This document shows positions 46,438 to 55,623 of a stretch of DNA of 64,000 nt, in pieces. Made by a program: the position numbers and the translations under genes. The stretch's first letter is position 1. Each line of letters opens with the position of its first letter. Source of the stretch: an uncultured Chloroflexia bacterium (GTDB lineage Bacteria > Chloroflexota > Limnocylindria > Limnocylindrales > CSP1-4); NCBI GenBank assembly GCA_963746075.1, contig CAVUZY010000007.1, positions 50,451 to 114,450 on the forward strand. The letters are read 5' to 3'. The notes beneath the pieces were generated by a model, which saw nothing but the letters and a program-made list of their open reading frames with translations, ran no database searches and was not told where the DNA came from.

Positions 46438-46635
46438 ATGACGGACGACCAGAATCCGCAGGCGCCGGTCCGGCCGCGGTGCCCGGTCTGCGGCAACGAT
46501 GCGTTCCGGCGCGAGAAGGGCAAGATCGATTCGGAATGGGGCGTTACGGCCCACAAGGTCGACATGCTCATCTGCGAGCGATGCGGCAACGTGCTGCTGT
46601 TCTACGAGGGCAACACGATCTTCGACTTCGACTGA
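46438..46635 (+). CDS. Small zinc-ribbon protein (CPxCG...CxxCG, 65 aa)
   Basis: CPVCG and CERCG; stop overlaps the next ATG (TGATG). Confidence 0.75.
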   Translation: MTDDQNPQAPVRPRCPVCGNDAFRREKGKIDSEWGVTAHKVDMLICERCGNVLLFYEGNTIFDFD

Positions 46636-47105
46636 TGGCCGATGGGGCCTTGGGGCTCGACGCAGCATCCGTCCGGGCTCGCCTGGCTGCGTTCACGGCC
46701 GCGCTCGCGGCGGCTGCCCGGGCCGCGCCCCCGGATCCGCCCGCAGCGGGCGAGTGGACGCCGAGGGAGATCGTTCGCCACTTGATCGCGGTCGAGGAGG
46801 AGGTCTGGCACCCCCGCCTCGGTCAGCTCCGCACCGAGGAGCATCCACGCTGGCGTTGGGTGGAGCCGGGTCAATGGCTCGGCGCCCCGGGCGCCGATCT
46901 CGACGCGGTGCTCGCTGCGCACGCCGCCGTCCGCGCACGAACGCTGTCGATCCTCGACGAGCTCGGCGCTACCGGCTGGACGCGCCGCGGCACGCACGAC
47001 ACGTTCGGCGAGCTCGATGTCGCCGGCCTCATGACGGTCGCCGCCGACCACGACGACGAGCACCTCGCGAGCCTCCGGACGCCTCAGGTGAACAGGGCCG
47101 AGTAG
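46635..47105 (+). CDS. DinB/YfiT superfamily protein
   Basis: [26 protein letters not shown]. Confidence 0.8.
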   Translation: MADGALGLDAASVRARLAAFTAALAAAARAAPPDPPAAGEWTPREIVRHLIAVEEEVWHPRLGQLRTEEHPRWRWVEPGQWLGAPGADLDAVLAAHAAVRARTLSILDELGATGWTRRGTHDTFGELDVAGLMTVAADHDDEHLASLRTPQVNRAE

Positions 47106-48104
47106 CCGTTCAGCGCCGGCTGGCCACCCAGGTGGGCGAACAGCACGGTGGAGCTTCGGTCGATCTCGCCGCGCCCCACGAGGTCGATCAGCCCGGCCAT
47201 CGACTTGCCCTCGTAAACCGGGTCGGTCACGACCCCCTCGAGCCGTCCGACGAGCCGCATCGCGTCGAGCGTCGTAGCATCCGGGATGCCGTAGATGCCG
47301 GCGTGGTAGCGCTCGTCGAGCTCGATCTCGTCGTCGCGAAGGTCTCGCTCCAGCCCGATCAACGCCGCCGTCGCGCGGGCGATCCGGCCCACCTGGTCGC
47401 GTGTCTCAGCCGGCTTGGCCGAGGCGTCGATCCCGAGGACGCGGCGCGGGCGGCCACCCGCCTCCTCGAGCGCGGCGAAGCCGGCGATCATCCCGGCCTG
47501 GGTGCTGCCGGTGACCGAGCACACGATGATCGTGTCGAAGAAGACGCCGAGCGCCTGTTCCTGCGTCGGCGACCTCGGACGCCCAGTTCGCGTAGCCGAG
47601 CCCGCCGAGCGGGTGGTCGGAGGCACCGGCGGGGATCGCGTACGGCCGGCCGCCGGCCGCCTGGACGTCGCGCAGCGCCTGCTCCCAGCTCTCCTTGAAG
47701 CCGATCCCGAAGCCGGCCTTGACGAGCCGGACGTCGGCGCCGACCAGGCGGCTGATGAGGATGTTGCCGACCCGGTCGTACACGGCGTCGGGCCAGTCCA
47801 CCCAGCTCTCCTGGACGAGGACGCAGCCGAGCCCGAGATGGGCGGCCACGCCGGCGACCTGGCGGGTGTGGTTGGACTGGACGCCGCCGATCGAGACGAG
47901 CGTGTCGCAGCCGGTCGCGATCGCGTCAGCGGCGAGGTACTCGAGCTTGCGCGTCTTGTTGCCACCGAACGCAATCCCCGAGCTCACGTCGTCGCGCTTC
48001 GCCCAGACCTCGGCACCGCCGAGATGGCGCGTCAGCCGGTCGAGGCGGTGGACGGGCGACGGGCCGAACAGGAGCGGGACGCGGTCGAAGTCGTGAATTG
48101 GCAT
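47084..48104 (-). CDS. acdS: 1-aminocyclopropane-1-carboxylate deaminase, frameshift near 47570
   Basis: [58 protein letters not shown]. Confidence 0.9.
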
Positions 48105-48150
48105 CGGGCTCCTCGACGATGAGCTGGGCGTTGATTGTGGCGCGTGACGA

Positions 48151-49020
48151 TCAGGCCGAGGCGCCCGAGTAGCTCTTGAGTCCGAACCGGAAGAACCAGC
48201 GCGTCACGAGGAACAGGACGAGCGCGAACACGGCGGCGATCGTGAAGGTCTCGATCGTCAGCCGCGACGTCAGGGCCTCGGCGGGGACGGTGACCGCGAA
48301 CGCGATCGGAACGAGGAACGTCAGGCTGATCCGGAGCCAGCCCGGGTAGATCGTCACCGGCCAGCGCCCGGACTGGTACAGACCCTCGAAGAGCTCGTGG
48401 ATCTCGTCCATCCGGATCACCCAGAACGCGCAGGTCGTCACGAGGAGCCAGAAGCAGTAGATCATCACCGCGCCGAGGAGCAGCGTTGCGGCGAACAGCA
48501 GCCCGGCCCCGAGCCCGATATTCGACTGGACCTGGGCGACGGCGACCGCGAGGACGATGCCGCCGACGAGGACGTCGACGCTCTGCCAGATCCGGAACTC
48601 GCGGACGCTGATCATCACCTGGGCGTCCTCCGGCTTGGTCAGGGTGAAGTCGAGCGTCCCCTGCCGGATGTCGGTCATCAGCCGCTCCATGTTCGGCTGG
48701 ATCGCCGTGCCGATGACGCCGGCCATCAGGACGTGGACGCCCATCACCGCGAGCAGCTCGGACTGGCTCCAGCCGCCCAGATTCGTCGTCTGCCCGAAGA
48801 CCAAACCGAGGACCGCCAGCCCCGTCGCGACGGCGAGCGCCGACTGGAACAGCTGCACGGCGAGGTTCGCCCGGTACTGGAGCTCGTTCAACGCGCCGAC
48901 CCGGAAGAACAGGGCGAACAGCCGGAGCGGCCGGATCGGATCGCGCCGGTCGTCGAACCGGGTCATCCCGTCGCGATCGGTCGCCTCCTGGCCGGCCGCC
49001 GCCGGATCGCGCCCCGTCAT
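48151..49020 (-). CDS. ABC-2 family (DUF990) exporter permease
   Basis: [24 protein letters not shown]. Confidence 0.85.
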   Translation of the reverse strand: MTGRDPAAAGQEATDRDGMTRFDDRRDPIRPLRLFALFFRVGALNELQYRANLAVQLFQSALAVATGLAVLGLVFGQTTNLGGWSQSELLAVMGVHVLMAGVIGTAIQPNMERLMTDIRQGTLDFTLTKPEDAQVMISVREFRIWQSVDVLVGGIVLAVAVAQVQSNIGLGAGLLFAATLLLGAVMIYCFWLLVTTCAFWVIRMDEIHELFEGLYQSGRWPVTIYPGWLRISLTFLVPIAFAVTVPAEALTSRLTIETFTIAAVFALVLFLVTRWFFRFGLKSYSGASA

Positions 49021-49868
49021 CCGCCGACCGCCGAGAACCGCCGGACGGCCAGCCGCCAGGCGAGAGACACGAGCACCGCGCTGATCGCGATCCACAGAAC
49101 CTGCATCGCGAGCCCGCCGGCGAGCTGGTCAGCGGGCAGCTTTCCGATCAGCGCCTCGATCGGGAAGCTGAACGTCCACTGGAACGGAAGAAAGGCCGAG
49201 AGCTGCTGCGCCCAGTCCGGCATCAGCGACATCGGCACGAGGCGGCCTGACAGGAGCAGCTCGGCGGTGAAGAAGATGTCGAAGACCGGCCCAACCCGCG
49301 TCGTCCAGAACGTCACGAGCCCGAGCAGCCAGAGGAGCATCGAGCGCAGGACGTAGGCGCCCCAGATCGCGACGAGGAACACGAGGATCTCGAGCGGGCC
49401 GGTGTCGAACGTCGGCTGGAAGATGAGCGACAGGAAGACCGCGATCGGCAGCCACAGGATGATCACGACCGCCTTCCAGCCGGCGAGCCCGGCCAGGTCG
49501 GCGTGGATCGGATGGACCGGCCGGAGGAGCATCCCGGATAGCTCTCCGCCGCGGACGCGCTCCTCCCAGGCCCACGGCGTCAGGGCGATGTTCATGTTCC
49601 GGACGAGCGTCCAGACGATGTAGTAGGCGGCGAACTCGCCGGGCGTAAAACCGCCGACCGACCCGCCCTGCTGAACCGCCACCGTCGACCAGACGACCAG
49701 GTAGATCACGGGCTCCGTGACCATCCCGATCATGTAGAAGTAGTTCGAGACGCGGTACTGGATCTGGCTCGCGATCGCGACCCGCATCTGGGTCAGGTAG
49801 AGGTTGATCCAGGCGCGGATGGATGCGACGGGGCCGCGTCCGGTCGTCGGCGCGGTGGTCGAGGTCAT
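49017..49868 (-). CDS. ABC-2 family (DUF990) exporter permease
   Basis: IQYRVS, GELSGMLLRPVHP, LSGRLVPMSLMP. Confidence 0.85.
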   Translation of the reverse strand: MTSTTAPTTGRGPVASIRAWINLYLTQMRVAIASQIQYRVSNYFYMIGMVTEPVIYLVVWSTVAVQQGGSVGGFTPGEFAAYYIVWTLVRNMNIALTPWAWEERVRGGELSGMLLRPVHPIHADLAGLAGWKAVVIILWLPIAVFLSLIFQPTFDTGPLEILVFLVAIWGAYVLRSMLLWLLGLVTFWTTRVGPVFDIFFTAELLLSGRLVPMSLMPDWAQQLSAFLPFQWTFSFPIEALIGKLPADQLAGGLAMQVLWIAISAVLVSLAWRLAVRRFSAVGG

Positions 49869-50887
49869 CGCGCCGCGGCCTCCGCCCCCGCCCCGGCCGT
49901 CTCGCGCTCGTCGCGAGCGTCCGCGAAGACCCGCTCGATCACGTCCTCGATCGGCGGATCCTCGATCGTCAGGTCGGCCACCGGCAGGTCGCGCAGGAGG
50001 CGGGTCGTCACCTCGGGCGCGTCCGCCCGCGAGACGCGCAGGACGACCCGGCCGTCGTCGGTCGACAGGACCTCGCCATAGGCCGACAGGTCGGCCAACC
50101 CGTCCGTGAGCGTGACCCCGATCGTCTTCGTCGAGTCGAACCGGGTGGACAGGTCGGCCAGGGCGCCGTCGAACAGGATCCGGCCGTGGTGGATGACGAC
50201 GACGCGCCGGCACAGGGCCTGGACGTCGGCCATGTAGTGGCTCGTCAGCAGGACCGTCGCGCCGTAGCGCCGGTTGTACTCGGCGACGAACGTCCGGATC
50301 CGCTTCTGCATCGTGACGTCGAGCCCGAGCGTCGGCTCGTCGAGGAACAGGACCTGCGGTCGATGGAGGAGCGCCCCGACGAACTCCATCTTCATCCGCT
50401 CGCCGAGCGACAGGTTGCGGACGGGCTTGGTGACGAGCTCGCCGAGGTCGAGCAGCTCGATGAACTCGTCTCGGGTCTGGCGGAACGCGACCGGCTCCAG
50501 CCGATAGATCGCCCGGATCAGCTCGAAGGAATCGACCGCCGGGAGGTCCCACTGGAGCTGGTTGCGGTTGCCCATGACCATCGTGATCCGGCGCAGGAAG
50601 TCGGCCTGGCGGCGCGACGGGACGTGGCCCAGCACCGTTGCCTCGCCGCTCGTCGGATAGAGCAGCCCGCTGAGCATCTTCAGGGTCGTGGTCTTGCCGG
50701 CGCCGTTCGGTCCGAGGAAGCCGACGACCTCGCCGGGCTCGATCTCGAAGCCGATCCCGTCGACCGCGTGGACCTCGCGATGCTCGCGCCGGAACAGGCT
50801 CCGGGCGGCCGCCGCCAGCCCGGCCTCGCGGACGGGGACGCGGAACGTCTTGCGCAGAACCGCGACGCGGATCGCGGGTTCGGGCAT
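49865..50887 (-). CDS. ABC exporter ATP-binding protein
   Basis: GPNGAGKTT, LSLGERMK, FLDEPTLGLD. Confidence 0.92.
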   Translation of the reverse strand: MPEPAIRVAVLRKTFRVPVREAGLAAAARSLFRREHREVHAVDGIGFEIEPGEVVGFLGPNGAGKTTTLKMLSGLLYPTSGEATVLGHVPSRRQADFLRRITMVMGNRNQLQWDLPAVDSFELIRAIYRLEPVAFRQTRDEFIELLDLGELVTKPVRNLSLGERMKMEFVGALLHRPQVLFLDEPTLGLDVTMQKRIRTFVAEYNRRYGATVLLTSHYMADVQALCRRVVVIHHGRILFDGALADLSTRFDSTKTIGVTLTDGLADLSAYGEVLSTDDGRVVLRVSRADAPEVTTRLLRDLPVADLTIEDPPIEDVIERVFADARDERETAGAGAEAAAR

Positions 50888-50971
50888 GGGCAGGCACCTC
50901 GTGGGCTCGGGGATCGGTACTGTAGCGCGCCGAGCGTGGGCGTCGGCGATACTCGGCGTCGAGGAGGGCGC

Positions 50972-51439
50972 ATGAATCAGACCGAACGTGCCGCGCTGAT
51001 CGATCGCTACCGGACCGGCATGGCCGACGTCGAGGACGCGCTGGCCGGGATCACCGACGCCGAGCTGGATCGTGAGCCGGCCGACCCCGAGTCGTGGACC
51101 GCCCGTCAGGTCGCCCACCACCTGGCGGACAGCGAGGCGACGGCCTACGTCCGGCTGCGCCGCCTCGTCGCCGAGGACGATCCGCAGATCGACGGTTACG
51201 ACGAGCCGGAATGGGCGCGCCGCCTCCACTACGACCGGCCGATCGCGCCATCGGTCGCGGTCCTGGCGGCCGTCCGGGCGGCGAGCCTGCAGCTGCTCGA
51301 GACGCTCACGACCGAGGAGTGGGAGCGCGCAGGGACGCACAGCGATTCCGGCGCCTACACGGTCGACAACTGGCTTGGAATCTACGCCGACCACTCGCAC
51401 GACCACGCCGCCCAGATTCGGGCCGCCCGGGCGCGCTGA
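50972..51439 (+). CDS. DinB/YfiT family protein
   Basis: GAGGAGG RBS; WTARQVAHHLADSE, GYDEPEWA, YADHSHDH. Confidence 0.85.
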   Translation: MNQTERAALIDRYRTGMADVEDALAGITDAELDREPADPESWTARQVAHHLADSEATAYVRLRRLVAEDDPQIDGYDEPEWARRLHYDRPIAPSVAVLAAVRAASLQLLETLTTEEWERAGTHSDSGAYTVDNWLGIYADHSHDHAAQIRAARAR

Positions 51440-51493
51440 CCTCAATGTCTTCGCCCGGGCCCTCGTCGATCGACTGGCCCTGACGCGGGGGAC

Positions 51494-51527
51494 TTGACAG
51501 ACGGGATATACAACCATATGGTTGTAT
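51494..51527 (+). promoter_or_regulatory. Sigma70-type promoter overlapped by a perfect 20-bp ArsR operator
   Basis: TTGACA (51494-51499), 17-nt spacer, TATGGT (51517-51522); palindrome ATACAACCAT-ATGGTTGTAT at 51508-51527. Confidence 0.85.
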
Positions 51528-51529
51528 GA

Positions 51530-51877
51530 ATGCAGGTGATGCCACTCCAGCCAGCCGCCATCGACCGGGTCCTCGGGGCCCTGGCCGATGGCACGCGCCG
51601 GGACATCCTCCGACGCGCGATGACCGGCCGGGAGGGCATCGCCGAGCTGGCGACCCACTACCCGATGAGCTTCGCGGCCGTGCAGAAGCACGTCGCGATC
51701 CTCGAAGGGGCCGGCCTGGTGACGAAGTCCCGGACCGGCCGCCGGAAGGTGGTCCAGACCAGGGTCGACGGGCTCGCCATCGCGCGTCGCCTGCTCGACC
51801 AGTACGAGGAGCTCTGGCGCGGTCGTGTCGACCGCATGACCAGTCTCATCAGCGACGAAGAGGAGATCGACGCATGA
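51530..51877 (+). CDS. ArsR/SmtB family transcriptional regulator
   Basis: ALADGTRRDIL, MSFAAVQKHVAILEGAGLV. Confidence 0.9.
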   Translation: MQVMPLQPAAIDRVLGALADGTRRDILRRAMTGREGIAELATHYPMSFAAVQKHVAILEGAGLVTKSRTGRRKVVQTRVDGLAIARRLLDQYEELWRGRVDRMTSLISDEEEIDA

Positions 51878-52383
51878 CTGTCACCGCGATCGAGAAGGAT
51901 CCGCAGAAGCTCACCATGACCGTGATCGCCGAGTTCGAGGCGTCGCCCGAGCGCGTCTGGCAGCTCTGGGCCGACCCGCGCCAGCTCGAGCGCTGGTGGG
52001 GCCCGCCGGAGTACCCGGCCACGTTCACCCGTCACGACCTGACGCCCGGCGCCCGGGTCGAGTACCACATGACCGGGCCGGAGGGCGACACGCCGAAGGG
52101 CTACTGGACCATCCTCGAGGTCGAGCCGCCGCATCACCTCCGTGCGGAAGACGGCTTTGCCAACGAGGACGGCTCGAACAACGACGAGATGCCCGGCCCG
52201 GGCGGCATGGACATCCGGATCGAGTCGATCGGCGACGGGCGCACCCGGATGTCGATCGAGAACACCTTCCCGGACACCCAGGCGATGGAGGCGCTCCTCG
52301 CGATGGGCCAGGAAGAAGGCATGCGAGACGCGGTCGGCCAGATCGATGCCATCCTCGCGGAGGACACCGTCGGCGCGCGCTAG
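51874..52383 (+). CDS. SRPBCC/AHSA1 domain protein
   Basis: FEASPERVWQLWADP..LERWWGP, DLTPGA. Confidence 0.9.
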   Translation: MTVTAIEKDPQKLTMTVIAEFEASPERVWQLWADPRQLERWWGPPEYPATFTRHDLTPGARVEYHMTGPEGDTPKGYWTILEVEPPHHLRAEDGFANEDGSNNDEMPGPGGMDIRIESIGDGRTRMSIENTFPDTQAMEALLAMGQEEGMRDAVGQIDAILAEDTVGAR

Positions 52384-52469
52384 CGCCGCGACCCGCCGCG
52401 CCAATCAATCGCGCCGGCTCGACGCTTCACGGCGCCGGCCGGCGCATCCGAACCTTCCGGGAGATCCAG

Positions 52470-53348
52470 ATGCCCACCGCGACCCGCGAGCTGACGACCA
52501 CGACCCTCGAAGTCCCCGGCGCGACCCTCACCTACGACGTCCGCCCCGGCACCGCGGCCGACGCGCCTGCGCTCTTCCTGATCGGCTCCCCGATGGGCGC
52601 CGGTGGATTCCCGACGCTCGCGAGCCTCGTTCCTGACCGAACGGTCGTCACCTACGATCCGCGCGGCGGCGAGCGAAGCACCGCGCATGACCCGGCGCCC
52701 CCGATCACGCCGCAGGTCCAGGCCGATGACGTCCACGCGATCATCGAGGAGCTCGGCGGCGGACCCGTCGACATGTTCGCCAGCAGCGGCGGCGCGATCG
52801 TGGCCCTCGCCCTCGTGGCGAAGTACCCAGACGACCTCCGGACCCTCGTGGCCCACGAGCCGCCGCTCGCCTCGCTGACCCCGGATCGCGAGCACGCGCT
52901 CGGCGTGAACCGCGCGATCAACGCGACGTACGAGCGAAGCGGCTGGGGCGCCGGCATGGCCCACTTCATCCAGGTCGTGAGCCACAGGGGCCTGTTCACC
53001 GCTGAGGACGTCGCGGCGCCGCCGCCCGATCCGGCGATGTTCGGGATGCCTTCGGAAGATGACGGCAACCGGACCGACCTCATGCTCCGCCACAGCGTCC
53101 TGTACCTGACGAGCTTCGAACCCGATTTCGCCGCGCTGAAGGCCGCGCCGACCCGGATCGTCATCGCCGTCGGCGAGAAGTCCGACGGCGAGCTCGCCCA
53201 TCGTGGCGGCGAGGCGACTGCCGAGCGACTGGGCACGCCGGTGACGGTGTTTCCGGGCGACCACGGCGGGTTCCTCGGCGGCGAGTACGGCCAGTCGGGC
53301 GAGCCCGGGCCGTTCGCGGCGAAGCTGCGCGAGGTGCTGGCGGGCTGA
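52470..53348 (+). CDS. Alpha/beta hydrolase
   Basis: VTYDPRG, ASSGGA nucleophile elbow, AHEPP, PGDHGGF. Confidence 0.88.
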   Translation: MPTATRELTTTTLEVPGATLTYDVRPGTAADAPALFLIGSPMGAGGFPTLASLVPDRTVVTYDPRGGERSTAHDPAPPITPQVQADDVHAIIEELGGGPVDMFASSGGAIVALALVAKYPDDLRTLVAHEPPLASLTPDREHALGVNRAINATYERSGWGAGMAHFIQVVSHRGLFTAEDVAAPPPDPAMFGMPSEDDGNRTDLMLRHSVLYLTSFEPDFAALKAAPTRIVIAVGEKSDGELAHRGGEATAERLGTPVTVFPGDHGGFLGGEYGQSGEPGPFAAKLREVLAG

Positions 53349-53383
53349 GGCCGGCGCGGCATCGTCGCCGGCCGCGCCGCGGA

Positions 53384-53527
53384 TTGCCATACGCCAGCCA
53401 GGGAGGCACTCACGAGCCGCGAAGCCTGACTCGGCACGACGTTAGCGCTCGACGGCTAACTCTCGACCATCCGGGGTGTCCAGACCGCCCGTCGGCCTGC
53501 CGAATGCGCGCCAGAGTGGCGCATGGC
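53384..53527. repeat. Second palindromic intergenic element (11-bp terminal inverted repeats, central hairpin)
   Basis: gccatacgcca (53386-53396) versus the reverse complement of 53517-53527 (gccatgcgcca), 10/11; gttagc-gctcgacg-gctaac at 53441-53460. Confidence 0.5.
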
Positions 53528-54239
53528 TCAGTCCGGAGCGGCCACTCCAGCAAACGCGGCCATCGACGGGAAGGTCGCATCCGGGCGCGCGTCTGCCGGC
53601 GGCGTCGCGCCACCGCCCGGGCGGTCATGGCGGCGATCGATCCAGACCGAGCGGAAGCCCAGGCGCTGCGCCGGGGCGTGGTCATGGAACAGGCTCTGGG
53701 CGACGTGCAGGATCCGCTCCTGGCCGACGCCATCCGCGCCGAGCCGAGCGACGAGCGCCGCGAAGTTCCGTTCATCCGGCTTGTACGAGCCGACCTGCTG
53801 GGCCGTCACGATCCAGTCGAACGCGACGCCGAGCCGGTCGTTCGAGGCGGCGAAGAGGTCGTCGTCGCAGTTCGTCAGGACGCCGAGCCGGAACCGCGTT
53901 TTCAGGCGGACGAGCGCGTCGTGCGAATCGGGGAATGCCGGCCAGTCCGCGACGGAGCCCCCGAGACGCGCGACGTCGTCCGGCGACGGCGTTCGCGCCG
54001 TGTGCCCGCGCGACGACCGCCATCGCCTCACCCGCGATCTCCCGGTAGCGCCGATACGGCCCGTCCTCGAGCGCCGCCTCGGCATTGGCGTACTCGTCGA
54101 GGAGCAGCTCGCCGTCCACCGCGGCCGTGGCCGGGACCACGGACCGGAGCGCGCCGAGGATCCCGGCCTCCCAGTCGATCAGGGTCCCGTAGCAGTCGAA
54201 GGTCAGCGCGTCGAACGCGCCGTAGTCGAGCTCGGCCAT
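53528..54239 (-). CDS. HAD family hydrolase (haloacid dehalogenase type II-like), frameshift near 54000
   Basis: LTFDCYGTLIDWE, LTNCD, SYKPD, HVAQSLFHD. Confidence 0.88.
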
Positions 54240-55619
54240 CTAGCCCTTCGCGCCGCCCGTGAAGTTCCACGACGCGAGATGCAGGCTCGGAACCAGGTAC
54301 ACCGAGTCCCAGCCGGCCAGCGACAGCGCCCGATCGGCCGAGATGCCGCGGACGGCACCCGGCCCGAGCGCTTCCAGGAACGACTGGGTGAACCGCAGAT
54401 TCGTGACCGGTCGCACGACCCGTCCGTCCTCGATCAGCCACACCCCGTTGCGGGTCAGCCCGGTGACCACCTGGGTGCGTGGATCGAGGATCCGGGTGTA
54501 CCAGAAATCGGTGACGAGGACGCCGCGCTCGACGCCGCCGATCAGGTCGTCGGTCGTCCGCTCGCCGGCACCGAGGATGAGGTTCGCGCCGAGCGCGCCC
54601 CACTCCGCGCCGCCCTCTACGGCGTGGCCGGTGCTCTCGACGCCGGCGACCTTGGCCGTCCGCCGGGTCTGGAGGAGTCCACTCGTGACGCCGTCCCGCA
54701 CCAGATCGAGCGGTCGCTTCGGCGTGCCCTCGATGTCGAACGGGATGCCGAGCGTGCCGGCGTCCGTGACGTCGTCGCGGAGCGAGATCGACCGGTCGAA
54801 CTGGGGCTCGCCCACGCGCGCGAACGAGCGCCCCTCCTCGACCGCCTTGCCGTTGAACCCGGCCACGAGCAGGAACGACAGGATGTTGGCGACGCAGTCG
54901 GGCTCGAGGACGACCTCGTAGCGGCCGGGCTCGAGATCCGTCGGGTCGCTCGCCGTCCTGGCTTTCTTGGCGGCCCGATCGCCGACGGCGCGGCCGTCGA
55001 GGTCGCCGATCCGGACCGACGCGCGGCGGCTCGACCCGTCGGCGGTTGGGGTTCGTGCGATCCCATCGATCTCGGCGGCCGTCCCACGCCCGCTCAACCG
55101 TTGCCCGGCGCTGTTCGCGAAGCCGAGCCGGACGGTCGTCGTCGAGCAGAACCCGGCGGTCTCGAGACCGCCGGCGGCATCGACGAACGCGCGGACCCGG
55201 CGAGCCCGCTCGTCCGGCGTCGCGGACGCCGTCGCCTCGTCGTAGTGGTCGACCGCCGGCGCTTCGGCACGCGGCGCGAGTCCGGGCCAGTTCGGGTCCG
55301 CCGGACGCACGCGAGCCGCCTCGAGGACGTTGTCGATCGCCCGCCCGAGGCTCTCGTCGTCGGCCGGGCCGTCGACCGAGGTCGAGGCGTTGCGACCGTC
55401 GAGCGCGACGCGAATCACGACGTGGTTCAGATCCGACGCGACGTTCTGGTGGATGAAGCTGGTGGCGAAGCGGGTCAGCGCCTCGGTGCCCTGGCGGACG
55501 GTGACCTCGGTCTCCGCGTCGGCCGCCCGGGATCGGACCAGCCCGACGACGCGGTCGGCGAGCTCGAGGGCGGCGGTCGTGTCGCTGGTGCGGTCGAGCG
55601 CGCGATCGGTGGTCGTCAT
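54240..55619 (-). CDS. TldE/PmbA family protein
   Basis: ALTRFA, PFDIEGTP, TGLTRNG, LRFTQS; paired with tldD. Confidence 0.88.
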   Translation of the reverse strand: MTTTDRALDRTSDTTAALELADRVVGLVRSRAADAETEVTVRQGTEALTRFATSFIHQNVASDLNHVVIRVALDGRNASTSVDGPADDESLGRAIDNVLEAARVRPADPNWPGLAPRAEAPAVDHYDEATASATPDERARRVRAFVDAAGGLETAGFCSTTTVRLGFANSAGQRLSGRGTAAEIDGIARTPTADGSSRRASVRIGDLDGRAVGDRAAKKARTASDPTDLEPGRYEVVLEPDCVANILSFLLVAGFNGKAVEEGRSFARVGEPQFDRSISLRDDVTDAGTLGIPFDIEGTPKRPLDLVRDGVTSGLLQTRRTAKVAGVESTGHAVEGGAEWGALGANLILGAGERTTDDLIGGVERGVLVTDFWYTRILDPRTQVVTGLTRNGVWLIEDGRVVRPVTNLRFTQSFLEALGPGAVRGISADRALSLAGWDSVYLVPSLHLASWNFTGGAKG

Positions 55620-55623
55620 CTCG

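Noticed and set aside
47084-48104. D-cysteine desulfhydrase annotation
   Set aside because: Glu in PVYEGK and Leu in HLGG match ACC deaminase rather than the Ser/Thr of D-cysteine desulfhydrases.
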